A DNA stretch of 64,000 bases from an uncultured Clostridia bacterium (GTDB lineage Bacteria; Bacillota; Clostridia; Oscillospirales; Acutalibacteraceae): positions 899 to 64,898 of the forward strand of contig CALWCD010000002.1 of NCBI GenBank assembly GCA_944376265.1, read 5' to 3'. Below the pieces are notes generated by a model. The model was not told where the DNA came from. It saw only the letters and a list, made by a program, of their open reading frames with translations, and did no database searches. Both the position numbers and the translations under genes were made by a program. The stretch's first letter is position 1; every line of letters starts with the position of its first letter. Below, piece after piece: positions 49,231 to 58,257 of this stretch.

Positions 49231-50157
49231 ATGCAGTTTCATCCGGAAGGTCATTTGATCGACACATTTGAAAACAGGGCTTCCCTTCAAACACCGGCCT
49301 CCTTGGCCGAGGCCATGCGGGACGGGAAGATCCTGGAAGCAAAGGCGGTGATGTGCGACTCCAAACACAACCTCATCGTGGATCTGAAATTTATGCGGGG
49401 CCTGATCCCTCGGGAGGAAGGGGCCATCGGCATCCGGGACGGCACCGTGCGGGACATCGCCATCCTCTCCCGGGTAAACCGTCCGGTGTGCTTTGTGGTA
49501 CAGGATTTCATCCGGGACGAATACGGCAGGATCACAGCTCTGCTCTCCCGCAGGGCCGCCCAGGAAAAATGCCGGGAAGAGTTTATCTGCTCCCTCTCTC
49601 CCGGCGACGTGATCGACGCCAGGGTGACTCACATCGAGCCCTTCGGCGTGTTCGCGGATATCGGCTGCGGCATTGTTTCCCTGCTGCCTATCGACTCCAT
49701 CTCCGTCTCCCGGATTGAACATCCCCGGGAGCGCTTTCTGGTGGGCATGGATATCCGGGCCGTGGTGAGATCCCGGGAAAACACCAGAGTTACCCTGTCC
49801 CACAAGGAGCTTCTGGGCACCTGGGAGGAGAATGCCGCCCGGTTCCGCCCGGGGGAGACTGTGGGGGGCATCATTCGCAGCATGGAAAGCTACGGGGTCT
49901 TTGTGGAGCTAACCCCCAACCTGGCGGGCCTTGCGGAGGTGAAGGAGAACATCTACCCGGGGCAGCAGGCCAGCGTGTTCATCAAGAGCATTCTCCCCGC
50001 CAGGATGAAGGTGAAGCTGATCATCATCGAGACCTTTGACCCGGAGCCCCGCAAGCCGCCCCAGCCAAACTACTTCTTCCAAGGGGACCACATGGAGGAA
50101 TTCCTCTATTCCCCGCCCCAATGCGAGAAACATATTGCCACCTATTTCAAACGATGA
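49231..50157 (+). CDS. Multi-S1-domain RNA-binding protein
   Basis: Three S1-like repeats (GLIPREE; PFGVFADIG..SLLP; YGVFVEL..GLAE); SD AAAGGA before ATG 49231. Confidence 0.8.
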   Translation: MQFHPEGHLIDTFENRASLQTPASLAEAMRDGKILEAKAVMCDSKHNLIVDLKFMRGLIPREEGAIGIRDGTVRDIAILSRVNRPVCFVVQDFIRDEYGRITALLSRRAAQEKCREEFICSLSPGDVIDARVTHIEPFGVFADIGCGIVSLLPIDSISVSRIEHPRERFLVGMDIRAVVRSRENTRVTLSHKELLGTWEENAARFRPGETVGGIIRSMESYGVFVELTPNLAGLAEVKENIYPGQQASVFIKSILPARMKVKLIIIETFDPEPRKPPQPNYFFQGDHMEEFLYSPPQCEKHIATYFKR

Positions 50158-50159
50158 CA

Positions 50160-50201
50160 AAAGGCCCACCCAGCCTGGGAATTCCAGACCGGGCGGGCCT
50201 T
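50160..50201. terminator. Hairpin between convergent S1 gene and clpC
   Basis: AAGGCCC..GGGCCTT outer stem with inner CTGG/CCAG. Confidence 0.55.
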
Positions 50202-50216
50202 ATTGCGCTGTTTGGA

Positions 50217-52724
50217 TTAGTTTTCCTGGTTGTCCTGGGCGGCGGGCGCTTCCGGGGTGTTCTCCTCCTCAAAGGTGAACGCTCCGTCCACATAGTCGCA
50301 CCGGTAGGTCTTGTTGGCGGTGACGGCCCCTTCCAGCATTTTTTCGGAAATGGGGTCCTCCACCTGGCTCTGGATCACCCTGCGCAGAGGACGGGCGCCG
50401 TAGTTGGGGTCGTACCCCTTTTCCGCCACGGCTTCCACCGCGGCGTCGGTGAAGTGCATGGTGATATCCATGTCCTCCAGCTTCTTGCCCAGCACCTTCA
50501 GCATCTTGGCAGCGATCTTGCCCGTGTCTTCCTTGGTCAGCTTGTGGAACACAATGATGTCATCCACGCGGTTCAGGAATTCGGGCCGGAACAGGGCTTT
50601 CAGCTCACCCATGACCAGGTCCTTGGTCTTTTCAAAGTCGGCTTCCGCGGAGGCGGTTTCAGAGGCGTCCTGGGTAAACCCAAGGCTCTTCTGCTTGTCG
50701 GTGATCAGCCGGGCGCCCACGTTGGAGGTCATGATGATCACCGTGTTCTTGAAGTCCACGGTCTTGCCCTGAGAATCGGTGACACGGCCGTCCTCCAGGA
50801 TCTGCAGCAGAATGTTGAACACATCGGGATGGGCCTTTTCGATTTCGTCGAACAGCACCACGGAATAGGGCTTGGTGCGCACGGCTTCGGTCAGCTGGCC
50901 GCCCTCGTCAAAGCCCACGTATCCGGGAGGAGACCCCACCAGACGGGAGACCGTGTGCTTCTCCATGTACTCGGACATGTCGAACCGCACCATGGCCTTC
51001 TCGTCCCCGAACATGGCCTCCGCCAGAGCTTTGCACAGCTCGGTTTTACCCACACCCGTGGGCCCCAGGAAGATGAAGGACCCAATGGGACGGTTCTTGT
51101 CCTTCAGGCCCACACGGCCCCGGCGAATGGCCTTGGCAATGGCGGTGACGGCCTCGTCCTGGCCGATGACCCGCTGATGAAGGGTGTCCTCCAGCCGCAG
51201 CAGGCGCTGGCTCTCCTCCTCCGTCAGCTGAGTCACAGGCACACCAGTCCACATGGAGACGATGTCCGCAATGTCCCCGGGGACCACCACGCTGTTGCTC
51301 CGCTCGTTTTTGGCGCTCCATTCGTCACGGGCCCGCTCCAGCTGCTCCTGCAGTTCCTTCTCCTTGTCCCGGAGAGAGGCGGCCCGCTCGAAGTCCTGGG
51401 CGTTGACCGCGGCAGCTTTGTCAATTTCCATGTCCTTGATCTTCTTTTCCAGTTCCTGGAGATCGTCGGGAGCGGTGAAAGTGCGCAGCCGCACACGGGA
51501 AGCGGCCTCATCGATCAGGTCGATGGCCTTGTCGGGCAGGTAACGGTCGGAGATATACCGGGCGGAAAGCTTCACGGCGGCGTCGATGGCCTCATCGGTG
51601 ATCTGCACCTTGTGGTGAGCCTCGTACCGGTCTTTCAGTCCCTTCAAGATGGCAATGGCCTCTTCCTGAGAGGGCTCCCCCACCATGACAGGCTGGAACC
51701 GGCGCTCCAGAGCCGCATCCTTTTCAATGTGCTTGCGGTACTCGTTGATGGTAGTGGCGCCAATGACCTGGAAATCACCCCGGGCCAGGGCGGGCTTCAG
51801 AATGTTGGCGGCGTCGGCGGAGCCTTCCGCGGAACCGGCGCCGATGATGGTGTGAAGCTCGTCGATGAACAGGATGATGTTCCCGTCGGCTTTCACCTCG
51901 TCAATGGCGCTCTTGATCCGCTCCTCAAAGTCGCCCCGGTACTTGGTGCCCGCAACCATGCCGGTGAGGTCCAGGGAGACCAGGCGCTTGTTCTTCAAAA
52001 GCTCCGGCACTTCTCCGGCCTGAATCTTCAAGGCCAGACCCTCGGCCACGGCGGTTTTACCCACGCCGGGCTCGCCGATGAGCACAGGGTTGTTCTTGGT
52101 GCGGCGGCACAGGATCTGAATGACCCGCTCGATCTCGGTCTGACGGCCGATGACCGGGTCAATTTTCCCCTGGGCAGCCAGCTGGGTCAGGTCACGGCCG
52201 AACTGCTCCAGGGCCTTCCCGTTCTGGCCGGACTCTTCCTCCCCGCCTCCGGGCTGGCCTTCCTTTCCGCCGCCGAAGGAGGTGTGCTTCAGCATGGAGG
52301 AGAGCTCGGCGAGGATGCGGTTGGGATCGGCTCCCAGCACCTGCAGGAACCGCATGGCGTAACTCTGGCCGTCTTCAATGATGGCGATGAGCAGATGCTC
52401 GGTGCCCACGTAGGCGTTGTGCAGCTGAGCGCCCGCCATGGCCGCCACTTGGAGAATCCGCTTTGTCCGGGGGGTGAACTCATCGGGGGACAGGCTGGTG
52501 GGCTCCCCGGTGCCAATGCGCTCCCGGATCAGCTTTTCGTAGTCCTCCGCGGTGATCCCCAATTTATTCAGCACGGTGAACGCCACACCGGTGCCCTCTT
52601 TCAAAAGGCCCAGCATCACGTGCTCGCTGCCCACGTAGTCGTGGCCGAACTCCTGGGCGGACGTGATGGCCAGGTTCATGGCGTTGTTGGCCTTTTCCGT
52701 AAATCCGTTGAAACGATAAGTCAT
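50217..52724 (-). CDS. clpC: ATP-dependent Clp protease ATP-binding subunit ClpC
   Basis: Two Clp-N repeats, [11 protein letters not shown] coiled coil, [23 protein letters not shown]. Confidence 0.97.
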   Translation of the reverse strand: MTYRFNGFTEKANNAMNLAITSAQEFGHDYVGSEHVMLGLLKEGTGVAFTVLNKLGITAEDYEKLIRERIGTGEPTSLSPDEFTPRTKRILQVAAMAGAQLHNAYVGTEHLLIAIIEDGQSYAMRFLQVLGADPNRILAELSSMLKHTSFGGGKEGQPGGGEEESGQNGKALEQFGRDLTQLAAQGKIDPVIGRQTEIERVIQILCRRTKNNPVLIGEPGVGKTAVAEGLALKIQAGEVPELLKNKRLVSLDLTGMVAGTKYRGDFEERIKSAIDEVKADGNIILFIDELHTIIGAGSAEGSADAANILKPALARGDFQVIGATTINEYRKHIEKDAALERRFQPVMVGEPSQEEAIAILKGLKDRYEAHHKVQITDEAIDAAVKLSARYISDRYLPDKAIDLIDEAASRVRLRTFTAPDDLQELEKKIKDMEIDKAAAVNAQDFERAASLRDKEKELQEQLERARDEWSAKNERSNSVVVPGDIADIVSMWTGVPVTQLTEEESQRLLRLEDTLHQRVIGQDEAVTAIAKAIRRGRVGLKDKNRPIGSFIFLGPTGVGKTELCKALAEAMFGDEKAMVRFDMSEYMEKHTVSRLVGSPPGYVGFDEGGQLTEAVRTKPYSVVLFDEIEKAHPDVFNILLQILEDGRVTDSQGKTVDFKNTVIIMTSNVGARLITDKQKSLGFTQDASETASAEADFEKTKDLVMGELKALFRPEFLNRVDDIIVFHKLTKEDTGKIAAKMLKVLGKKLEDMDITMHFTDAAVEAVAEKGYDPNYGARPLRRVIQSQVEDPISEKMLEGAVTANKTYRCDYVDGAFTFEEENTPEAPAAQDNQEN

Positions 52725-52729
52725 ATGGT

Positions 52730-53770
52730 TCACTCCTTTATCTTCGCGCACAGTTCCCGGGCCATGGTTGCCCGGAGCACGTCGCGCTGGTTCTCGTCAA
52801 GTTGTTTTCCGGCTTTTGCCATCAGGGTGGCGGGCTGCACGTTGACCATCAAAGCGATCAGCTCTTCAATGGCAACGCCTTGGAGCACCCCTGTGGAAAG
52901 GCCGATGCGAATATAGGAGAGCAGCTCCATAAACTCGCTGCTGGAAAGGACCCGGGCTGTCTTGAGAATGCCCGCCGCCCGGTCAATCTTATCCCGCCAG
53001 CCGATATTCTCGCTCATCTGGCTGCGGGCTTTCCGCTCCTCTTCCATGAGCTGGGCCGTGATGGAGCGGAGGTTTTCTATGGCCTCGTTCTCGCTCAGCC
53101 CCAAGGTAATCTGGTTGGAAAGCTGGTACAGGGCCCCCACAATCTTGCTGCCCTCTCCGTAGGTGCCCCGCAGGGTGAGCCCCAGTTTGGACAGGTTGGA
53201 GGAAATTCTGGGCATGGCTCCGTTTTCCGTGAGAGCGGGCAGGTGAAGCATCACCGAAGCCCGCATACCGGTGCCCAGGTTGGTGGGGCACTGGGTGAGG
53301 TACCCGAACTCCGGGTCGTAGGCGAAGTCCAGGGTCTCGCTGAGCAGGGTGTCAATGCGGTCCGCCGTTTCGGCAGCCTCCTTCAGGGACAGCCCCTCCT
53401 TCAGCACCTGGATCCGCAGGTGGTCCTCCTCGTTGATCATAATGGAAATGCTCTCGTCCTCCGAGATGAGTACCGCCTTTCCCCGCCGGTCGGAGATGAA
53501 CTCCGGGCTGACAATGTGACGTTCCACCAGGGATACCGCCTCTTCCTCAGAGGCGCTCTCCAAGGGGATAAAGCGAAACTCTCGAGAGAGAATGCTGTTC
53601 CCGGAAAGGAGCGCTTCCTTCACCTTTTCTTCCACAGCCTCCCGCTGCTTGTCGGTGGCCCTGGTCGGGAAGGGAAACTGCCTTAAGTTCCGGGCCAGGC
53701 GCACCCGGGTGCTGCACACCACATCGGAGCAGCTGCCGGCCTTTTCGTACCATTTTTTCAGTTCATCCAT
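52730..53770 (-). CDS. mcsB: Protein arginine kinase McsB
   Basis: STRVRLARN, NEEDHLRIQ, GYLTQCPTNLGTG.RAS, RGTYGEGS, QLSNQITLG. Confidence 0.95.
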   Translation of the reverse strand: MDELKKWYEKAGSCSDVVCSTRVRLARNLRQFPFPTRATDKQREAVEEKVKEALLSGNSILSREFRFIPLESASEEEAVSLVERHIVSPEFISDRRGKAVLISEDESISIMINEEDHLRIQVLKEGLSLKEAAETADRIDTLLSETLDFAYDPEFGYLTQCPTNLGTGMRASVMLHLPALTENGAMPRISSNLSKLGLTLRGTYGEGSKIVGALYQLSNQITLGLSENEAIENLRSITAQLMEEERKARSQMSENIGWRDKIDRAAGILKTARVLSSSEFMELLSYIRIGLSTGVLQGVAIEELIALMVNVQPATLMAKAGKQLDENQRDVLRATMARELCAKIKE

Positions 53771-54278
53771 GGTTTTCCATCTCCTTAATCTCGTCCCGCA
53801 GAACGGCGGCGGTTTCAAAATCCTGTGTTTCTATGGCCTGTTTCAGCAATCGCTTCTTTTCCTCCAGAGGCGACTCCTTTACCGGCATCATCTGGTGCTG
53901 GCCTCCGCTGATCCGCAGGGCGGAGCCGCCGGGAACCTTCCCCTTGTGGCGGCTGGTGCCATGGATTCGCTGGATCACCGGCAGAAGCTGCTCCCGGAAG
54001 GTCTTGTAGCAGTCCGCGCAGCCGATCTTCCCCGACTGGGTAATCTCCTCAAAGCTGGCCCCGCAGGTGGGGCAGCAAGTGGTTTTGGGAGAGGGGAATC
54101 CGTTCCCGATGAATCCACCCAGCAGGTTGCCGAAATCCATTCCCCAGTTGGAGAAAAGGTCCCCGTACCCCTTTTGCTGGGCACAGTCGGAGCAGAGGTG
54201 ATATTCTGTCAATTTTCCATTGACAACGGTTTTGATATGAGTAGTGGCGGTCTTTTTTCCGCAGGCTTGACACAACAT
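53763..54278 (-). CDS. mcsA: McsA (McsB activator)
   Basis: Four CxxC motifs, HKGKVP, C-terminal UVR domain FETAAVLRDEI. Confidence 0.95.
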   Translation of the reverse strand: MLCQACGKKTATTHIKTVVNGKLTEYHLCSDCAQQKGYGDLFSNWGMDFGNLLGGFIGNGFPSPKTTCCPTCGASFEEITQSGKIGCADCYKTFREQLLPVIQRIHGTSRHKGKVPGGSALRISGGQHQMMPVKESPLEEKKRLLKQAIETQDFETAAVLRDEIKEMENHG

Positions 54279-54291
54279 GAGAATTCCCCCT

Positions 54292-54744
54292 TCATGTTCT
54301 GGTAGCTAACAGCATGTTCTTATAGATGGACGCCCGCACCGTGTCCCGGATTTCCTTGGGCACGGCGGCCAGAGCGTGTTCGGAACAGGCGGCCTGAAGC
54401 AGCCCGGCGGCGGTGGCGTCCACCATGCCGTTCTGCAGCAGGTTGGAGGTCATGGCCCGGGCAGTGGCGGCATCCAGGCTGTCACCCACCCCGTTGACGA
54501 TATGCATGATCATATCGGATTTAGAAAGCCTCATGCGGGTGATGCGGATGTATCCGCCGCCTCCCCGACGGCTCTCTACAAGATACCCCTGCTCCGGCGT
54601 GAACCGGGAGGTGAGCACATAGTTGATCTGGCTGGGTACGCAGCCCAGGTAATTGGCAAGCTCGTTGCGCTGGATCTCCGCGGTGCCGTCGGCCTCGTTG
54701 AGCAGGTCTAAAATATAGTTCGCAACACTGTCACTGATACGCAT
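54292..54744 (-). CDS. ctsR: Class III heat-shock repressor CtsR
   Basis: CVPSQINYVLTSRF..GY.VESRRGGGGYIRI. Confidence 0.96.
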   Translation of the reverse strand: MRISDSVANYILDLLNEADGTAEIQRNELANYLGCVPSQINYVLTSRFTPEQGYLVESRRGGGGYIRITRMRLSKSDMIMHIVNGVGDSLDAATARAMTSNLLQNGMVDATAAGLLQAACSEHALAAVPKEIRDTVRASIYKNMLLATRT

Positions 54745-54780
54745 GTCTTTTCACCCATTTCCCAAACCTCTTAACTTGCC

Positions 54781-54797
54781 TTTGACTTTCTTTGACT
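54781..54797 (-). promoter_or_regulatory. CtsR operator 1
   Basis: AGTCAAA-GAA-AGTCAAA direct heptads just downstream of the -10. Confidence 0.85.
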
Positions 54798-54800
54798 TTA

Positions 54801-54828
54801 ATTATAGTACAATTCGTGGGAAGGTCAA
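54801..54828 (-). promoter_or_regulatory. sigmaA promoter of ctsR operon
   Basis: TTGACC-N16-TATAAT. Confidence 0.7.
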
Positions 54829-54845
54829 GGTCAAAGAAGGTCAAT
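54829..54845 (+). promoter_or_regulatory. CtsR operator 2 (opposite orientation)
   Basis: GGTCAAA-GAA-GGTCAAT adjoining the -35. Confidence 0.8.
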
Positions 54846-54940
54846 ATAAGTGATTCAGCAAAGTTAATCTCGCTTATGCTCTTATTATCTTCTATTTTCT
54901 CTTGAAATCTATTTTTTTAAAGGTCAAACAATGGACTGTA

Positions 54941-54967
54941 ACACTTTTTCTTCTCCGCCATAAGATA
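54941..54967 (+). promoter_or_regulatory. sigmaK-like sporulation promoter
   Basis: AC-N16-CATAAGATA matches the Bacillus sigmaK consensus AC-N16-CATANNNTA. Confidence 0.5.
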
Positions 54968-54994
54968 GAGTGTAATTCGAAAGGAGGCTTTCCC

Positions 54995-55123
54995 ATGTGT
55001 AACGGAAACTGCTCTTGGCTCATCATCATCCTCATTCTCCTGTGCTGCTGCGGCTTCGGCAACGGTATGGGCGCCAGCAACAACGATTGCGGCTGCGGCA
55101 ACTGCGGCGGCTGCGGCTGCTGA
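54995..55123 (+). CDS. 42-aa Cys/Gly-rich small membrane-anchored peptide
   Basis: SD AAAGGAGG, then MCNGNCSWLIIILILLCCCGFGNGMGASNNDCGCGNCGGCGC; followed by terminator. Confidence 0.8.
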   Translation: MCNGNCSWLIIILILLCCCGFGNGMGASNNDCGCGNCGGCGC

Positions 55124-55186
55124 GTAAAGCCTATCCCCTGGGGATCCGCGGGGTGACACCATAAAGGGGATGCCCCCGGATACACA

Positions 55187-55225
55187 AAAAGCCCTTCCCT
55201 CTCTTTCCGAGCGGGAAGGGCTTTT
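55187..55225. terminator. Bidirectional terminator (Cys peptide / TSCPD gene)
   Basis: AAAAGCCCTTCCC..GGGAAGGGCTTTT. Confidence 0.85.
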
Positions 55226-55237
55226 CCTATTGGCGGT

Positions 55238-55501
55238 TTACAGGGAGATTTTCCCCTCTTCCACGGCCTGTGCCAGCGCCTGAGCCAGCTGGTCCGGGCA
55301 GGAGGTGGGCCGGGAACCGCAGTGGATCCCCTTGCAGCGGGACAGGTAATCCTGGACCTTCATCCCCTGGGCCAGAGCGGCCACTCCCTGAGTGTTGCCG
55401 CTGCAGCCGCCGGTGAACTTGACGGACTGGATCACACCGTCTTCCACCACGATGTCAATGTGACGAGAACATACGCCTTTGGGCGTGTAGCTGATTTCCA
55501 T
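55238..55501 (-). CDS. TSCPD-motif 4-Cys protein (TIGR03905-like), 87 aa
   Basis: MEISYTPKGVCSR..FTGGCSGN..KGIHCG.RPTSCPDQLA; SD AAGGAAAGGAAG. Confidence 0.88.
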   Translation of the reverse strand: MEISYTPKGVCSRHIDIVVEDGVIQSVKFTGGCSGNTQGVAALAQGMKVQDYLSRCKGIHCGSRPTSCPDQLAQALAQAVEEGKISL

Positions 55502-55541
55502 ATCCTGTGTCGCGCTTCCTTTCCTTGATGATAACTTCTTA

Positions 55542-55570
55542 AATTTATCAAATTCCAAAGGAAATGTCAA
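55542..55570 (-). promoter_or_regulatory. sigmaA promoter for TSCPD gene
   Basis: TTGACA-N17-TAAATT with TG extension. Confidence 0.7.
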
Positions 55571-55590
55571 GCGGCTGCCGCGGCGGCAGG

Positions 55591-56469
55591 TCAGTTCTCG
55601 GGGGAGGAACGAAACAGGAACTCCGGCTGGAACTTGCGGCTGGTGATGTTGAACAGCACAACGGACATCCCCCCCAGAACAAGGACAATCACCAGCAGCA
55701 GAGGAACGGTGATGCGAAAGGCGCCGGCGAACTGGGCCAGGTACAACAGCAGCAGGGGGAGCATCAGGTAGCCCATGGTCTGCAATGCCTCCCCGCAGCT
55801 GTGGACCCGTGAGGCTTCCCAGCCCACGAACACCACGGAGAACAAGGCCACCGTGGGCACAAACAGCAGCAGGCAGACGATCCACTCCAAATTGAGGAAA
55901 AAGGGCGCGCCCATCAGCAGGTCTGCCACAGACACGGTAATGGCAAAGGCCACAAAGGACACATAGGAGATGGCGACGGACAGCAGGGTGCAGCAAGTCA
56001 CCTTGGTGTGGAGAATGGATTTTGGCTCCATGGAAGAGAGCATCAACGTCTCCAAAGTGTGGCCTTCCTTCTCCCCTACGAACACCTGGGAAGCGGCGAT
56101 GACGGAGGTGACAATGGGCACGCAGAGAAACAGCATGGGACAGAGCAGCGTGGTGAAGGCCGCCATCCACTGACGGCGGGGTCCGTACTTTTCCACACCA
56201 CCCACCAGGGCGGCGATCCGGTCCGGCAGCGCCAGCTCGTCCGCAGCCGGCAGAAAGCTGATGGCAACGGAGTACACCAGGGGAATTACCACCACCAGGA
56301 TCACCGGAAGAAGCATCAGCAGAGCACGGGTGCCCTTGCTCCTCCAAAGGCTGCTCAGGTCTTTCCCCACCAGCACCATCTCCCCGGAGGAGAACAAGCT
56401 CCCCAGGTCAAATTTCTTCTTCCGGGAGAGGCTCTGTGCTCCCCTGGTGCTCCGGTTCTCCAAATTCAC
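55591..56469 (-). CDS. ABC-2 type exporter permease
   Basis: About 6 TM helices, FVGEKEGHTLETLMLS motif; start uncertain (GTG 56469, ATG 56379 or TTG 56592). Confidence 0.8.
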   Translation of the reverse strand: MNLENRSTRGAQSLSRKKKFDLGSLFSSGEMVLVGKDLSSLWRSKGTRALLMLLPVILVVVIPLVYSVAISFLPAADELALPDRIAALVGGVEKYGPRRQWMAAFTTLLCPMLFLCVPIVTSVIAASQVFVGEKEGHTLETLMLSSMEPKSILHTKVTCCTLLSVAISYVSFVAFAITVSVADLLMGAPFFLNLEWIVCLLLFVPTVALFSVVFVGWEASRVHSCGEALQTMGYLMLPLLLLYLAQFAGAFRITVPLLLVIVLVLGGMSVVLFNITSRKFQPEFLFRSSPEN

Positions 56470-57505
56470 GGTCTTCCCTGAGGTCCGGCTCCTCTGGGAC
56501 CTCTCCGGCGAGGTTTTCCTCTCCGGCGTCTCCCTGCGGGAGCGGCTCTCCTTCTTCCCAGAGGACATCCTCCGGGGCGGACGGTTCGTCAAGTTCCTTC
56601 ACCTTCCTTTTTCCGCCTTCCATCCAGGCGGTGTAAATCTCCTGCAAGGTGGGGCGGATCAGCCGGGCTTCGTAGAGCTCCAACCCCTCCCCCACCGCTT
56701 TCGCAATGATTTTCGGCATGTCTGTTTCGCTGGCCAGGTCTTTTTCCCAGGCGCCCTCCACAAACCGGAATCCGGCTGGCGCGGGGCTGTGTTCACCCAG
56801 GCGAAGCTGCGCCCGGAACCGCACCCCTGCCCCTTCCCGCAGGGTCTCCAGGTCCCCTTTCGCCAGCAGGGAACCCTCTTTGAGGATGGCGTAGTTCCGG
56901 CAGAACCGCTGGGCGTAGCTCATGTGGGAGCTGCACAGGAACAGGGTGGTCCCCTCTTCCCGGGCCGCGTAGTTGAGCATTCTCTCTATGGCGTCCGCCG
57001 TTTCCTGGTCCAGCCCGCCCGTAGGCTCATCCACCAGCAGGATCTTGGGGGTGTGAATCAGCGCTCGGGCCAGGGAACCCCGGCGCAGCACCCCGGTGGG
57101 CAGTTGTTCCACCGGCAGGTCCCTTCCCTCCCAGATGTCCAGCTTGTGGAGCAGCAGAGAGGAGCGTTCCAAGGTGTCGTTGTCGTCCATGCCGTGGAGC
57201 CCGGCGAAAAACCGCAGGTTTTCCCACAAGGTCATCCCCTTGTAAAGCCGGGCGGACTCCAGCACAGTGCCTGCCACCCCATGGAGCCGCTTGGGCTCGT
57301 GGGCGGGAGAGAGACCAAGCACGGTGCATTCCCCGGAGGTGGGCCTTGCCAGGCCGGAGAGCAGACGGACCAGGGTGGTTTTACCGCACCCCTTTTCCCC
57401 CACACAGGCAAAGGCGTCTCCCTGGGGCACCTGGAGGTTCAGTCCGGCCAGCACATAGGTTCCGCCATATTCTTTTGTCAGGTCAAAGGCGGTGATGGCA
57501 TCCAT
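56408..57505 (-). CDS. ABC exporter ATP-binding protein with acidic C-terminal tail
   Basis: Walker A GEKGCGKTT, degenerate signature LPTG, Walker B LLVDEPT, H-loop SSH. Confidence 0.9.
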   Translation of the reverse strand: MDAITAFDLTKEYGGTYVLAGLNLQVPQGDAFACVGEKGCGKTTLVRLLSGLARPTSGECTVLGLSPAHEPKRLHGVAGTVLESARLYKGMTLWENLRFFAGLHGMDDNDTLERSSLLLHKLDIWEGRDLPVEQLPTGVLRRGSLARALIHTPKILLVDEPTGGLDQETADAIERMLNYAAREEGTTLFLCSSHMSYAQRFCRNYAILKEGSLLAKGDLETLREGAGVRFRAQLRLGEHSPAPAGFRFVEGAWEKDLASETDMPKIIAKAVGEGLELYEARLIRPTLQEIYTAWMEGGKRKVKELDEPSAPEDVLWEEGEPLPQGDAGEENLAGEVPEEPDLREDREFGEPEHQGSTEPLPEEEI

Positions 57506-57524
57506 AGGCGCCCTCCTTTCCGGT

Positions 57525-58112
57525 TCAATGGCGGACTTCCGAGGTCCCGTGTTCCCGCAGATAGGTGGCCTCCAGATCTGCCAGGTGGAGCTTCACCGCC
57601 AGGGGATAGCGGTCGAAAGCCAGGCTGATGGCGAAATTCCCGCCCTTTACCGCGTCGTCAAAACCCCCCATGTGCCACCGGACCGCCATGGCTTCCGCCG
57701 GCTTGAGGCGCACAAACCGCTCGATGAGGTATACCGATTTTTCCCCGTGGCCGTAGGGGAACGCGTCCTCCACCGTGTAGTAGGGCCGTTTCTCCCACTG
57801 GCCGGTCTCCTCATTTTTCACGTTGCGGGTAGAGATTTTGTAGAACTGGGCTTTGCACACATCGTGGAGCAGGCCGCACAGGGCAAAGCTCTCCTCGCTG
57901 TCCCCTTCCTCAAAGTACTTTTCCCGCAGCACATGGTACACGTTCAGGCTGTGCTGCACCAGGCCGTATTCGCAAGCGCAGTGAAATTTGGTGCTGGCGG
58001 GAGCGGTGAAAAAGTCTGTTTTCTCCAGCCAGGCTAAAAGCTGCTCTCCTCCGGGCCTTGTGACGTGTTCCTGGAAAATCCCGCAGAATTCCTCTTTGTA
58101 TGACTGATCCAT
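57525..58112 (-). CDS. HD-domain phosphohydrolase
   Basis: FFTAPAST.FH, QHSLNV, LLHDVCK, HGEKS, WHMG, HLAD. Confidence 0.87.
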   Translation of the reverse strand: MDQSYKEEFCGIFQEHVTRPGGEQLLAWLEKTDFFTAPASTKFHCACEYGLVQHSLNVYHVLREKYFEEGDSEESFALCGLLHDVCKAQFYKISTRNVKNEETGQWEKRPYYTVEDAFPYGHGEKSVYLIERFVRLKPAEAMAVRWHMGGFDDAVKGGNFAISLAFDRYPLAVKLHLADLEATYLREHGTSEVRH

Positions 58113-58168
58113 GATCGCAACCCCTTATCCTTAGTGAACGAGCCCGTGGGAAAGCTCTGTTTTCTACA

Positions 58169-58197
58169 AGGATACCACAAATACCCGTTCAATTCAA
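58169..58197 (-). promoter_or_regulatory. sigmaA-type promoter for HD gene
   Basis: TTGAAT-N17-TATCCT with TG extension. Confidence 0.55.
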
Positions 58198-58224
58198 TTT
58201 GAATTCTGTGAACGAATTGACAAC

Positions 58225-58250
58225 AAAAAAAGGGCTGCCGAAGCAGCCCT
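58225..58250 (-). terminator. Intrinsic terminator after yitT
   Basis: AGGGCTGC-TTCG-GCAGCCCT followed by T7 on minus strand. Confidence 0.85.
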
Positions 58251-58257
58251 GGGGCGA

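Noticed and set aside
55238-56347. 369-aa minus-strand ORF ending in the TSCPD domain
   Set aside because: The first 282 codons are an off-frame reading of the ABC permease and intergenic DNA; a promoter and SD sit just before ATG 55501, so the real gene is 87 aa.
56500-56528. CCTCTCCGGCG repeated twice 18 nt apart
   Set aside because: Only two short copies within a low-complexity coding tail; not an array or a mobile-element end.
58206-58223. Second Rex-like site CTGTGAA-CGAA-TTGACAA
   Set aside because: Two mismatches and it lies upstream of the predicted promoter next to a terminator; not distinguishable from chance.
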